Shown here piece by piece: positions 26,301 to 38,688 of a stretch of 64,000 bases of DNA. The stretch is taken from positions 354,003-418,002 of the forward strand of contig CAJFCJ010000005.1 of the NCBI GenBank assembly GCA_904063045.1, read 5' to 3'. The translations under genes were made by a program, and so were the position numbers. The number at the start of each line of letters is the position of its first letter. Position 1 is the first letter of the stretch. The notes under the pieces were generated by a model. The model ran no database searches. It saw nothing but the letters and a program-made list of their open reading frames with translations, and had not been told where the DNA came from. This stretch comes from Dimorphilus gyrociliatus. Its lineage: Eukaryota; Animalia; Annelida.

Positions 26301-27983
26301 TTAAAATGTCTAAATTTGCAAGAATGCTCTCTAAATCCTAATCAAGCAGAGAATTTAGCTTATTCAATTCAATATTTACACCGTTTTGAACACTTAAATC
26401 TAAAATGTAACGAAACTATGGAAAATGGATTCAATAGTATCTTCCGAGCATTTGAATCAGTTTTAAATGATTGTTCAAAGAATTTCAATCTTGAAAAATG
26501 TAACATAAGCGAAGAGCAAGCAATATCATTTGGGAATTCGTTAAAATCAATAAAATCATTGGAAATTCTAAATTTATCTTACAATAATCAAACGGCGACT
26601 GGAATGACTTGCATTTTAAATTCAATACATGTTTTTGCTAACAATCTAACGAGTTTAAGCTTAGAGAACTGCGATTTGAAAGAGTATCATGGATTTATTT
26701 TGTCTAATACATTAAAATCAGCATATTGTCTACGATTATTAAATCTTAAAGGCAATTTCAATATGGAAAATGGAATGAATGAAATTATTAAATCTTTAAG
26801 TATATCTGGAAATTGTCTAGAATATTTGAATTTAAAAAAATGTAACTTAAATTTTAGTCAATGTGAAATACTGAGCAACAATATGACCTACTTAAAATCA
26901 TTGGATACATTCAATTTGGCAGGAAATTGTAATATGGAAAAAGGCTTAAATATTATATTGAAATCTTTATATATAAATTGCAGAAATTTGAAATATTTAA
27001 ATCTAAGAAATTGTAATATTGATCAACATCAAGCTGATATGCTAAGTTTGGCTATTAAGATGCTGCGTTCCCTTGAAACAATAGATATAAATAATAATGA
27101 TTGTATGAATGACGGATTGATTAATATTTTCAAAACTTTGGAAAATTCGGGTAAAAGTATCACGAACCTAAATCTAAGTAATATAAATATACAACCTAAT
27201 CAAGATTTTCAATTTAGAAAGGCTATTGAGCTAAATTTTTACTTGAAAAAGTTGAATATTAGTGGAAATAATCTATCAGAAAATAGATGCTCCAATATCT
27301 TTCAAGCGTTAACTATCTCTGGTAATAATCTGGTACATTTAAATTTGGAAAATTGCAATTTAAACGATTATTCGGCTAATGAATTGAGTTTAACAATTAG
27401 GTCATTAACTTCATTAGAGATAATAATATTCAATAAGAATAAAAATATAAGATACGGTTGGAATAAACTATTTCAGGCTTTAATTCAATCTCATATTAAT
27501 CTTAAACGTTTAGAATTACAAGATTGTGCATTAAATAAAGAAGGATCTAATTATCTTCCGTGTCTTTTACGTCATTCTAGCAATCTTCAAATATTGAATT
27601 TAATGGAAAATAATTGTACTGATATGAACTTTGACAACATTTTAGACGCTATCAATACATCTGGAAGAAATCTCCAATATTTAGATTTACAAGGTTGTAA
27701 TCTAAACCATGATTTGGCTAAGAAGTTAATCAATACAATTAAAAATCTTCATTTACTTATTTGCCTCAACTTGAGTGAAAATCCCCTTGTTCAATCTGAT
27801 TTAAATGAAATATTTAACGCCCTCTACTTGTTTAGAGACGATATGAAATCTTTAACAGTAAAAGGCTTTAATACCTCAGTACCTCATGTATTATATTCAA
27901 GTAATCGACGTAGAAAGATGGAAAGTACTAATTCGGACGGTGAAATAAAGAAGACACGAATGACAAACAACGTTTACTGTTGA
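23313..27983 (+). CDS. Intronless NLR-like protein: N-terminal death-fold-like region, NACHT NTPase, long ribonuclease-inhibitor-type LRR array
   Basis: 1556-aa ORF. Walker A-like SNSAVGKTT, Walker B ILLLDGADE, winged-helix motif FIHSSFQEFFAA, and more than 25 alternating 28/29-aa LRRs. The start codon may be the downstream Met (MNCIER). Confidence 0.92.
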   Translation: MLLQYSNYDNFVFRLKTIKMNCIERLTFEYHKYDIVNFFSNYDMFIQTCLNLNNASILNKVQLEQFKIRFNDDQCNTVEELISILSKQSLQFLISTLNNFALFSSISLVNSLQNQSAIWKTLIRLSKQEKRDNKFVIDNLQLENTIILSYSDINSSIEIVDLKDKSLLTEEENSLLWTFDNFEQLLSLEFKKVLVKSSNSAVGKTTQFRYILHSWANDKWTHIVDNLLIQLVLKDLKEGQDIYDAILEQNFNNIKWMTKEIIISFFVERKRDIILLLDGADEFNDKDSKIKSIIEKPFDELKTIVWSREWKVNDYLQTFDITFQLNGWNSQHLKYILVKYFSNNDISNEFVDSVLKQHVFLNKLSSIPSLALMMFIVWINNKQLWNCVISVFYHNLISYFQVKDNINSKDNEITMEYIFRICFEQLGEEINTICTETVNICNLKLCLGNFFQILPNTNSNSKIMAIKFIHSSFQEFFAAKFLIRQHRIFTDDCSDCQIASRLINRLKKDKKVQVFSNVLGFVGMENKYLLEEILKSSQIHDLYSCSKTIKKILQNQLTSNENSLILKDETINDIILILLLKAVKNSLEHIFLDNIELNYEKFFIYLTKYSDKIKNMSIIYPKRLFNNNYKFEHLLEFLSHMKSVQSLTFSTKSFYNCDTFIISLLQYCQNLKVMQLENCHFLQSLPIGEDSKIDCYYFKTLYIESYHKVNDRVNVTLENCKIYDHELQMITKYISNCNCIKTIRFFGNNTSAAGYRFIFNSLMNSFKNLSCIEIIGNNLFENSAIELAKLLKKCSNLEKIDFTGNRQMNEGFNDILESLCKSKYSLKHLILEDCDVNPFQARSLGDTLKSCMFLETLNLKGNYRMDYGINYIFDSILHLGQYLKTLNLMNCQLNSYQAHKLGNILTNMSNLNTLNLQQNPCLEIGFKDILESFSQCSSKLTILNFDYINLKEKNATLLSNVLVSFVSLQTLNLRGNRQMNEGLNDIFKSLIHVGKTLKCLNLQECSLNPNQAENLAYSIQYLHRFEHLNLKCNETMENGFNSIFRAFESVLNDCSKNFNLEKCNISEEQAISFGNSLKSIKSLEILNLSYNNQTATGMTCILNSIHVFANNLTSLSLENCDLKEYHGFILSNTLKSAYCLRLLNLKGNFNMENGMNEIIKSLSISGNCLEYLNLKKCNLNFSQCEILSNNMTYLKSLDTFNLAGNCNMEKGLNIILKSLYINCRNLKYLNLRNCNIDQHQADMLSLAIKMLRSLETIDINNNDCMNDGLINIFKTLENSGKSITNLNLSNINIQPNQDFQFRKAIELNFYLKKLNISGNNLSENRCSNIFQALTISGNNLVHLNLENCNLNDYSANELSLTIRSLTSLEIIIFNKNKNIRYGWNKLFQALIQSHINLKRLELQDCALNKEGSNYLPCLLRHSSNLQILNLMENNCTDMNFDNILDAINTSGRNLQYLDLQGCNLNHDLAKKLINTIKNLHLLICLNLSENPLVQSDLNEIFNALYLFRDDMKSLTVKGFNTSVPHVLYSSNRRRKMESTNSDGEIKKTRMTNNVYC

Positions 27984-28645
27984 ACATAAAATTTCTGATT
28001 GCTGTTTTGTCTTTCTATTCAAAAACATTCAATATTTTTCTCGTATTTATAACAAAACAAGAAAGATTTTGGGAGAAAACGTCGCAATATGTTCAAGTTT
28101 CATTTCATGTAAAGTTAGAGTTAAACTGAGGGTTAGGGTAAAACTCCAAAATATTAGACGTTTTCTCTCATACACCTTTATATGTCTTAATTTTCAGATC
28201 GTTGAACTGACCCAATAATTTTTTGAATTGAATGAACAGAAAAACCTATTAAAAAGCAAATACAACAATTTATTAAACGTTACTTATTTCTTTTCAACTT
28301 GGCTTATAGAGTTTTATTGAATTCTTCTGTTGAAGTATAAATACAAAATTCATAAATATAGCAACAATTAATTTCGTTTATAAGTAGCTCTACTCTTTAT
28401 CATTACTTGTCAGTTTTCCTTATAGCTAATAGATTGAATAAGACCGTATGAAACTACTGTATAACATATTCAATGTCTTTCTTCTTTATTGTATGCTTAA
28501 TGAAAAACTGTTTTCTAATATGGCGTATTATTCATTCGAGAATCTAGAGGGTTTATTGGAATTTTAAAAGCAACTATTATTTCTAAAGAGATGAGTAAAA
28601 TCTTGCTGAGTTCGGTCAAAATTGTAGTCTGGTTTATAATTTACA

Positions 28646-30870
28646 TTACTGTTCTTCAGTATCTGTTTCGCAATTTTCATTTGTTAATTTTATGTCGTCT
28701 AGTGCTATATCGCCAGACCAAGATGAACCTCTCGTTGCAATAAAAACAATACGCTGTTCTCCTGATCCAGCATCCATGGATATCTTGTTCCAATAATTTC
28801 CTTGTGAACCATTCACCGACCATTGTTTCAAAGTATTTCCAGTTGTATCTTCAAATACAACTTTCAGTGAACCAATTCCCGTACCTAACATATGATAATA
28901 GAAAGAAAGGCAAGCTCCTCCTTCTGGTTCGAAAACTTTCGTTATTATTTTAGTTATATCTCCTTGTTTAGCCGGTGATGATGCTTCAGTATATATATAT
29001 TTGATTCCTCCATGAGCTCTAGATGGCCCAGTTGCTGGACTTCTTGTTGGACCTCTTGTAATTAACCATTTGTAGGCAGTTGACGCTTCAACAGTATAAT
29101 CAGAGCTTTGTTTTTCGAAATCAAGGCTTAAAATTGTAAATTTAGATATCTGATTTTCACACATTTTTCCAGTAAACTTTTGAGAACAAATGCAATCATA
29201 AGCTCTTGGATTGTACTTTTGTGGAGTACAAGTTGCTGTTATACAAGATCAATTCATAGAAAAAAGGAAATACAACATTGAAATATTAACTTTACCTCCA
29301 TTTTCACATAGGTTTTCCTCGCATGGATCGAATTTTTTGATATTGCAATATTGTCCTTCGTAGTCGAGGGTACATGAACAACTTGGTTTGTAGAACTTTT
29401 GTTCACGGTTAGGTCCATAATAACTCTTTCTTGATATACATTGGGCATCATTTTTGCATGGATTTTCTGTTAAACATGGACTCTTAATCTCACAAGTTGC
29501 TCCAGTAAAAATAGGTAGACAGTTACAAGTAGGCTTTAAAAATCCATTAAATACTTGTCCGTGAGGGGTATAGGTGTAATTAGCTTTCGACATGCAAATT
29601 CCTGTTGAATGTTGTACAAGGTTTTACTAAGGGATATCATAATTAAAAATATCAAGTCTACCTCCGTTTTTGCATGGATTGCTCTCAAAGCAGGGATCTT
29701 TATGTTCGCATCTCTCTCCTTTGTATTGAGCATAACAGTGACATATCGGTTTATCCTGTTGAGAATACTTTGAAAGCTGAACAAACGGCGGAATACAGAA
29801 TCCTAGAAAGAAATAATAAAACTATAAGCTATTGACGTATAAGAATTTTATAATTAACCATTTCCATTGCAATAATTTTTCACACAAGGACTAATGTGTT
29901 CACATCTATCTCCGTAGGCAGTATCAGGGCATTTGCAGAAGAATTTATCGTCATCATAAGCTTCGCAGACACCTTTAAAAGTTTAATGAATATTTTAAAC
30001 ACCTATAAGGAATAAATTTCTATAATTTACCATTATTTTTACAAGGATTACTTTCGCATGGATCTACAGTGACATCATCGCAATTTTTTCCTATCCTTCC
30101 TTCGGGACAGTCGCATATATAATCACTTATTTTAGTAGTTATATTTCTATATTGATAGCATAATCCTAAATTTGTAACAGGAAGTGAGGAAAAAGGGAAA
30201 AGAAGATGAATTATAATTTAGTTATTTTATCAATATTCATACCTTCATTTTTGCAAGGATTGTTTTCGCATATTGCAGTAGTTGGGAGATTACAATTTTT
30301 ACCCTCAAATCCTTTTTTGCAAATACATTCATACATTCCTGATTCATCTTTTGGATTATAATAATATTTCTTGACACATTTTGCTGTAGTATAGAGGCTT
30401 CTTTATAGTATTTACTAGAAAATCATTATTTATCTTACCTCCGTTTTGGCAAACATTCCTTAGGCAAGGATGCTTTTTCTCGCAACGATCTCCGAAATAG
30501 TTCGACGGGCAATAACAGCTTACTCTATACCCTCCACTAGATCTACCAAATGTACTAGTTTTGTAGCTAGAGCATCGACCTTTAAGATAAAATCTTGTTT
30601 ATATTCATTAATAAACTAGAGAAGACAATACAAACCTCCGTTCATGCAAAAATTTGAAGTAGTACACTTATCAGTTGCATATTCTTCGCATTGAGTGCCT
30701 ACAAATCCATCTGGGCAGGCGCAGTTAAAATACCAAGGTGTACCATTTTCTGAACAGGTTCCTCCATTCTTACATGGATTCATTTTACAAGGGTTAGAAG
30801 GACCGGCATAAACATAGATATTCCCGCTGAATATCCCAAACAGTAGGATAGATGTTATTTTAGAGAGCAT
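28646..30870 (-). CDS. Secreted protein with 9 EGF-like repeats and a C-terminal MAM domain (8 exons)
   Basis: Signal peptide MLSKITSILLFGIFSGNIYVYA. Hand-spliced exons give 9 six-Cys EGF units. MAM motifs LDFE, TGPSRAHG, CLSFYYHM, GDIALDDI. Confidence 0.9.
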
Positions 30871-32389
30871 TTTGCTTTATGAAATTGATTGAAAATAAAT
30901 GATTTAGCCTCATATATATATACATATTTCCTAAAATGACTCACAAGGGCCTAGAAGGCCGTCCCACGATCCACGAATATAATTATTTTAGCTTAGATGT
31001 GCATTTATTCACAAAGTGTTGACCTAAGTGACTAACTCATTAAATATTGATAGAAATTAAACCAACAAATTCTCACTTCCAACAGGCGTAATATTTCCTT
31101 TTTACTTGCAACTTTTTATCATATAAGATCTTTGTCTAAAAATAGCTTATTTCGGAATCTTTAATTCTATCTAATATGTCGCATTTGCATAGAGAATTTA
31201 CTGTTTTATATCAAAATTTCAAGTTTAAAGCTATAAAAAAGAATTAAAATATTGTTTAATAAAATATGAATATCTATATAAATAAGTGCCTGTGCGAATT
31301 ATTCTGTCCTTCAATAACAAGTGTTTGCACAAGATTGTTTGACTTTGACGAAGGTACTAGTCTACTTTTCCCCTAAATATGGAACATATTTTGACAAGCA
31401 CAGCATGACTAAACATAATTTTAAAAGCTTTCGTTTCAAAATATCAAGAATTACTTCATGCAAAGATGCATCAATATTGTTGCGATTTCATTTAATCCTG
31501 TCTCTCTCTATTGAAAATATCTTCTCAGACTGCTATAAATTAACCTATGCGATCTTTCAGAATGATTTTCTGCAGTATTACTTAACCAAATGGTTTTATC
31601 ATTGACAAAATATCCCTATCTTGGCTTAATGTTCACGCAGGTGTTTCTTGACCTTGGAATAATTGATTAATCCTAAGCTCATGATTTTTTGAATGATTCA
31701 TGGCTAAGAAAGTTTTTCAAGTTGTTTGAACTTCTCATAATTCTTTGTATCAGCCTTAAGAAGTATTTGATAAATATCTTCTATTCATTATATTTCCCAT
31801 ATCGAGGGTATCTTTTGTGCTATATGTAATTTAATAAATCCATAAAGACTTGAAACAATTACTTCCACTTCTCCTTTTCAACTGAAAACTAAGAATAACG
31901 ATATTTTCCAAATCTATATGATTATTAATTATGTTACACGCGTGATTATGACAAACATAACATGAAGTTTACTATCGAAGAATTATCAATCAATAGTAAT
32001 AATAGAATCTTATAAATAATGATTTTCATGTTGTATATAATACAATATATACATTCTAACATTATTAATATAGTAGATTAAGTTGTTAATCTTTCTTTTT
32101 GACCTAATAAGTATAATTATATAAATGATAATATTTATCCTTTAACATAGAATTTAATAACAATTTAGGTTCGTTCACAAGCACCATCTTAAATCTTAAA
32201 CGATATAATACGGAATAGGTTCAATAGTATTAATCGGAAAACTTTTAAAAAATCAGTAAATATCAATCAAGTATTTTGTCTCAGTTTTATTGATAATCTT
32301 TTTATCAACGGAATATTACTATGTTGTTGGATAAGAATCTATAAAAATGTCTGAATGGATGTCATTCTCCAACATTGAAGGTCGTGATC

Positions 32390-32869
32390 ATGTTGCTGTA
32401 CGCTATCATCAGCATTTTATGTATTTTTTGGAAAATTTCTATGATATCTGGAGTGACAGGTGAATATTAAAAGATAATATCAAAGCTAACATTTTCTATT
32501 GTTAAGAGAACGATATAAATATACCTATATATTTATACTATTTAAAGAATGTACCTATGATGAAGTATCCAATAAGTATACCGTACTACTAAAAATTCAC
32601 CCTCCTAACCTACCTTCAACCCCTCATGTAAGAGATGAATGTATGGAAATATGTAATGAGTTATTAAATTGCAAGTATGCCATTCTTCTTATAAATTAAT
32701 ATATAAAGACTAAATGTAATATTTCTAATCCAATAGATCTTTTACATTCAATAGTCTCTTGAAATTGTGCGAATTCAGTAGTGGAAATAGGCAAAATTTT
32801 ATTCTGACTTATTTAAGCTCTTGTACATATTTGGAAAAGATCAACTGCATTACTTGTAATAACATTTAA
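32390..32869 (+). CDS. Small secreted single-PAN-domain protein (exons 32390-32459, 32548-32674, 32737-32869); may extend further 3'
   Basis: Signal exon MLLYAIISILCIFWKISMISGVT. Spliced frame gives ECMEICNELLNCKSFTFNSLLKLCEF, a PAN pattern. Confidence 0.55.
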
Positions 32870-34242
32870 ACGTTTTTCTTAAATAGTATACTGTATTAGT
32901 TAGTTAAGGACTATATAATAATAATGTTTTTCATATATTTTTTATAGAATTTATTGGAAAAAGAATCAAACTAATGAACTGATAAATCTATCAAAAAACT
33001 ATTTTTACTCCTATTAGCAAATACTGTATACTATTTTCATATTTTTTCAATATATTCATATAACATCAATCTACCTCATCAACATATCTATGGTTTATAA
33101 AACACAAACATACATAACTTATAACTCAACTATGCGGTACAACTCCTAGAATAGTTGACCAGATCTAAATTGTATAATTAACACAGTGTTCTTCTATATT
33201 TATTACACAATTCATTATTAAGACAATCAAGATGGAATTTTTATAAGAATGTGGATAACAGGTAAGTTATAATTAAAATTTATAACGACTAAACTCGTTT
33301 TACATGGTTTTTAGAGTAATTCCTATATCAGTAAAGGAGGATTCGTTCAAAGAAGAAGTAAAGTTTACTTTGTTCCCTATTATAACTATAAATAACCCTT
33401 ATCCTTTTCAACAAAAACTAGTACAGTAAGGCAATATGATTCATTATTCATTTTATTGGTCAATATCTCAAACTAGCTTAATTATTATACTACAAATTAT
33501 GATATATTTCAATTAAATTGAATTGATTAGTTGTTTACATTTTAAACAACTTTTGAACAAGCTTTATAAAATTGTTATAGATTTTTCAAATGGTTGTTTG
33601 TAAGCTTTGGGAAATATTGGTCTTTAAACGATTAAATGACTCGAGATAGATGATTATCAAATTTATTTGGAAAATTAGAATTATTCATAATATTTCAAAG
33701 AGGATGATCGGTAAGTTATTTTCTATCGAAAGGTGAAATTCTAAGAAATCTCCAATTCTTAACAAAGATACTCTAATTAACATAATATATGTATTATATA
33801 CAAAAACAACAGCCTATAAGGGTAGAGAGATATATTATGAATGTTGAAGCTTAGTTGGAATAGCATCAGAATGTAGAATAATTTAATGAGTAAATTAATT
33901 AGCAACTCTGATTGGTTTGGCTCAATTTGAAGCAAGATAACTCTAATTGCGTTGTTTAAATATGGCGCGAAACTCGAAACCAAAAAATTAATCCGTTTGA
34001 GATTATCCTCTCAAGCGATTATTTCAGTATTGTTAATAAGATAAAATAAATAATAGAAGTTAACATAATAATTAATCCAACGAATAAGAGTAGCAGTTAG
34101 ACAATGTTTTAATGTAAAGAAGTAAAAATCATTATTTTTTTCTTTATACTAATTAACTCAATTTAAACAAAAGTACTAAAATCTTGTATTATATCCTTAA
34201 AATAGATATTGAAAATGACAACAGAGAGAAGAAGAATAGAAA

Positions 34243-34243
<1 letters not shown>

Positions 34244-34273
<30 letters not shown>
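34244..34273. repeat. (AAAG)n microsatellite
   Basis: Run of AAAG units upstream of ZYG11-like copy 2. Confidence 0.85.
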
Positions 34274-34662
34274 CAGTCTAATGATGCTATAATTTGCATA
34301 TTGTTTTAAAAAAAGAAAATAGTTGGAAATAATGAATGTTTTAAATTAATTGAATAACGCTTGAATAAGATTAAAGATGTATAGAAGAAATAATTGAATA
34401 AAGTATTTTCTAAGGTTAAAGAATAATTGAATAATTTATATAAAATTGGAGAAACTATGTTATAAATACATTAATTATTTAGTTATTAATATTTTAAATA
34501 TTTCATAATTTATAGAAAATTGAATAAACTGCAAAAATGAAGAAGAAAAAAAATAGAAAACAGGAAAAAAAAAAGCTTAGATGTCTAGGCCTGTATTTAT
34601 ACAGAAAATCAATATTGCCATTAGTCACTCTGCACTACTATGTTGTGTAGTATATACTGGCC

Positions 34663-36633
34663 ATGAAATCGTTGCAAGATACTGTTTTATATTTTGTAGC
34701 AAGGAACTTAAGAGTTATTACTGATTTATTAAATACGAATACTAATCAATTACCTCCGACAATATCGGAAATTATATTTGATAATCTAGACAACGATAAT
34801 TTTGGTATTATTGAAGAAGATTTGCAGTACTTCACTCATCGTAAATTGTGTCTGCATAAAGTAATATTCAACGGACATAGAGTTAGCAAAAAATCTGCAT
34901 TAAAATTTCTGCAAAGTCATCCGTTAAAATGTTTGAAAATTTATTGTTTGAATAGAATTAAATTTACAGAATGGATAGAATTTGTTAATCAAGATTACTT
35001 GGAAGAATTTGCAGTTGCAGATGATAATTTCATAAATGATAAATATGAATTACTAAACGGTTTGGAATACTTAAAATGTTGCGAAACACTGCAAAGATTA
35101 GATTTTAGTCATACGAGCTTCGATGAAGATTGTTTAGAGTTAATATCTAAGAAATTTCTAGAGATAAGGGAAATTAAACTGGTAAATACAAAAGTAAAAG
35201 AATTAAAGGCAATACAAAATTTTAAAAACTTGGAGAATTTTCACTTTGTCGACAAGAAAAATATAATAAAACATCAACAATTAAAATATCTAGTCCAATT
35301 GGAAAATCTTAAAGAGATATGTATCTATTTTCAATCCTTATCGACCAAAAATACAGCCTATCATCGTTGGGTAATAAACTGGTTAAACGAAATACAATGG
35401 TTGAAATTGGAAGTTTTTGTATTTTCATTTTGTAAACATTTTCCAAAAAGAGTATTAAGGTTTATTGAAATTATTAATATTGTTATTAATTATATATATA
35501 TATATATATGCATTCAATCTCTATTTTTTACTAGATGCTTTCAAGAGAAGCATAATAATTTAAAATTTATAGGAACCTGTCTAAATTCTAGGAAGAATAT
35601 CTATATCAATGAATATTTTATCGACTCATTATCATCTAATTTAAATATTTTGGTAAGTTAATTAGTTTTATAATAAGCTTATGTTTAAGTTGAAAACGTT
35701 ACAAACTTTTATAAATAGAAGAAAGAAAAGATTGATTTAAATATATTAATGAATCAAGCGAATATACTATCGAAAGGATGGAATTTCACTTATTTACTTT
35801 GCTTTAAAGAGATTGTTGCCATGGAAATGAAGAAAAGAGATTCCGAGTATATTAATCTCTGCAACATATGGAAGGTATTAAAATAATTCAAACAAACGGT
35901 TAGTTTCTTCTTTATTCCATTGTTTTCCTTTCTATTTTCCATAGATATTTCATATAATGTTTAACGATATGAAATACTTTTCGAGTAGAAGCTACAATTT
36001 TGATGAAAATATTGGTTTTATATGCGAAATGTATAAGATATTGAATTTATTGGGTAATTTTCAAGGATTTGAAAAAAATTGGATAAACGTCTTATCTATC
36101 GGTTTAAAGATAATGGAAGAATGTTACGCAAACTTAAATAATTTTACGTGTTGTTATGATTTCATTGAAATATTTTGCGAAGTTTTACCTAAAAAAATGG
36201 ATCATTTATCAAAAAGTTACGAACAAATCATTAAGAATATCTTAAAAATTCCTTTACATCCTACTTGTCTCTTTCTATTGAAAACGCTTACATATAGAAA
36301 ATTAGATTTGAGAAAGGTAAATAATCCTATGGATTATTTCAATTTTACGCTATAAATCCTTTATTATTTACACTTTTGCAGTTGAAAAAGAATGAATTAT
36401 TCGAATTTTTAGATAATTATAATTACTATAAATTAAATAGTAAATGGGATTCATTCAATTCCGAATTATTACTTCATCAAGGAACAAAGATAAACGAAGA
36501 GATTCTCTATGCAGTCCTCGAATATAAAAGTTGGATATTAGAACTGCAATGTCAAAATTCCAATAGTATTAATAATAGAGAATATGATGAAATTTACGCT
36601 AAACTTTCCTATTCGGTTAAGAATTATTTATAG
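34663..36633 (+). CDS. ZYG11/ZER1-like LRR protein, copy 2
   Basis: MKSLQDTVLYFVARNL...LPPTISEII (BC/Cul2 box-like). LRRs LQRLDFSHT, IREIKLVNTKV. First intron at the same phase-2 position as copies 1 and 3. Later exons appear in the ORF track (35957, 36376). Confidence 0.75.
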
Positions 36634-38025
36634 TAATTTTAAAAAAGGAAAAAAAAGCGTCTCTTGTATTTTAAACGTTTCTTTTTTTTGTTTGTTATTC
36701 TAATTGGAATAGATGTTTGCAGTAGGTGTTGTAAATATTCTTGAAATTTGTTATAAATAGGTCATTATTTTTGTCTTTAATAATACATTGAACATATAGA
36801 GTTTATATACAGTATTTATATTAACTTTAGAAACATAGGGCAGGTTGCTCATGTGTGTCTGGAAACTAGCATCACGACACTACTCAATCTCTAATTGTAT
36901 AGTGTTTCTATAGGTTAAAATACGCTCTGTAATTGTTAGCCCTTCAGCACCTTAATTCTACTTCAAATTAATATTAAAAATGACACATTCACGGTCTCTC
37001 CTAAGTTCACTAATTATAGAAAAGAAAAATTTACAATGATTTATTATAGGCCTATAATATAGTATGTATATAAAAAGGGAAAAAGAGTTATGTTTACAAA
37101 ATCTATTATCTTACGTTGTATCTTTCTTTCAAAAGATAATAACAAGCTTCTGTAATTAAATTATCTATAGTTAATCGAATATCAAAGTACAATTTATCTT
37201 TAGAAAACATGACAAATTGCGAAATATGATGTATGTGATAAGGTTAATTTAAAAAGAGCATGAAATATCCAGGCACGTTGAAAAACTAAATGAAAAGGCC
37301 TTCAAATGAGGTTGCATTCGCTATTAATATAAATTATACTAATTAATACATTTTCATCTAAATCATTCAATTTGTTTGAATAGATTTTTCTCTTAGAAAA
37401 ATGTCACAGATTTTTAAATAAAACTTCTGGAATCGTAGTAATTTTATCTCTTCAAAAAGAAATCAAATAACAAGTGTTTATTTATTGATAACTTAACAAA
37501 CAAGATAGAAAATAACATCTTCTAATCTGTTAATTTCTCCTCTAATTTGCATAATTAGGGATAGTAATAACTTATCAAACACTTGCTATGTATTATCAAA
37601 AGTAAAAGATAATTGACATAACCTCGTTTTAAAATATAAAAAAAGAGGAAAAAAGAGTCGAGTAAGGTATAAACTAAAAGGATATTTCACTGCACAGAGG
37701 TAAATAAGACAATTTCTAATTGAATCTTTCATTTAAAAGGCTGCTGTACTTGTTCAAAATAAAGTCAACTAAACTTGAGTGCAAAAGTAACCTTATATCT
37801 TATTTATTATTTGTTCACAAATTCATTGTCATGTAAATGAGGAACCATAAAACTCCTGTCAAGTCCTACATGATATGTATTCTTATCAATTTATATATGC
37901 ATAGTAGTATAAAAATAAATTTTCTTCCTTTCCGATGTACCTTTCTCATTTAAATGCAGTAATATCTATAGTAACTTCTGATAAGTCTACCTTAAAACTA
38001 TATCAACTTTTCCAGGCCTTTTCCC

Positions 38026-38446
38026 ATGGAAAATACTAGCATAATAGTATTTAACAATGAAGACTCAGCAAAGGGGAGTAAGGGATTTGATGGAAAGAAA
38101 AATAAGGTTCACCCTCTCAAAGAAAGTAATAAAGAAGTGATTTACTTTCAACCCGAGCAAGAAGTCGACGATTTTATGGTAAATTAAATAATATTTCATT
38201 AATTTATAACCAGTTTTTATAATAAAACCTATATAGACTTTCAGTGTAATTTCGTTGTTTGCCTGTCTACCCCTCGGCATTGTTTCTGTGATAAAGTCAC
38301 TAAACACTCGAAAATTATTAAAACAAGGAGACATTTTGAATGCGAGACGCCTGTCTAAAGCAGCTAGGAGATGGAACATTCTATCAATCCTCAGCTTTTT
38401 GTTTCTTATAAAAATTGTACTTGCTATTCTTGTAGTTGTAATTTAA
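38026..38446 (+). CDS. CD225/dispanin (IFITM/PRRT-like) membrane protein 1 (exons 38026-38178, 38237-38446)
   Basis: Spliced DDFM|TFSVISLFACLPLGIVSVIKSLNTRKLLKQGDILNARRLSKAARRWNILS plus a second hydrophobic helix; matches the CD225 pattern. Confidence 0.8.
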
Positions 38447-38688
38447 TACATGTAGAATGTTTCTTGACGTAACAGCATTTAGCGTAATAAAATTATCACC
38501 GGAAGGGAAAGTATCTCAAATATATCTATATAATAGATAATTTAGTAAAGGCTAGATAACAATTTAGGCATATAAGCTTTTTTTTCTCTTTTTCAATTAT
38601 ACAAAGAAGTTTTCACTCAAACGTAAATAAGATTTGGTGGAGAGTGTTAATCCAGTGACAAAATTTGCATTTCTATTGAAATTGAGTT

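Noticed and set aside
27969-27983. NLR ends in NVYC, suggesting prenylation
   Set aside because: CaaX needs Cys at position -4; here Cys is the terminal residue.
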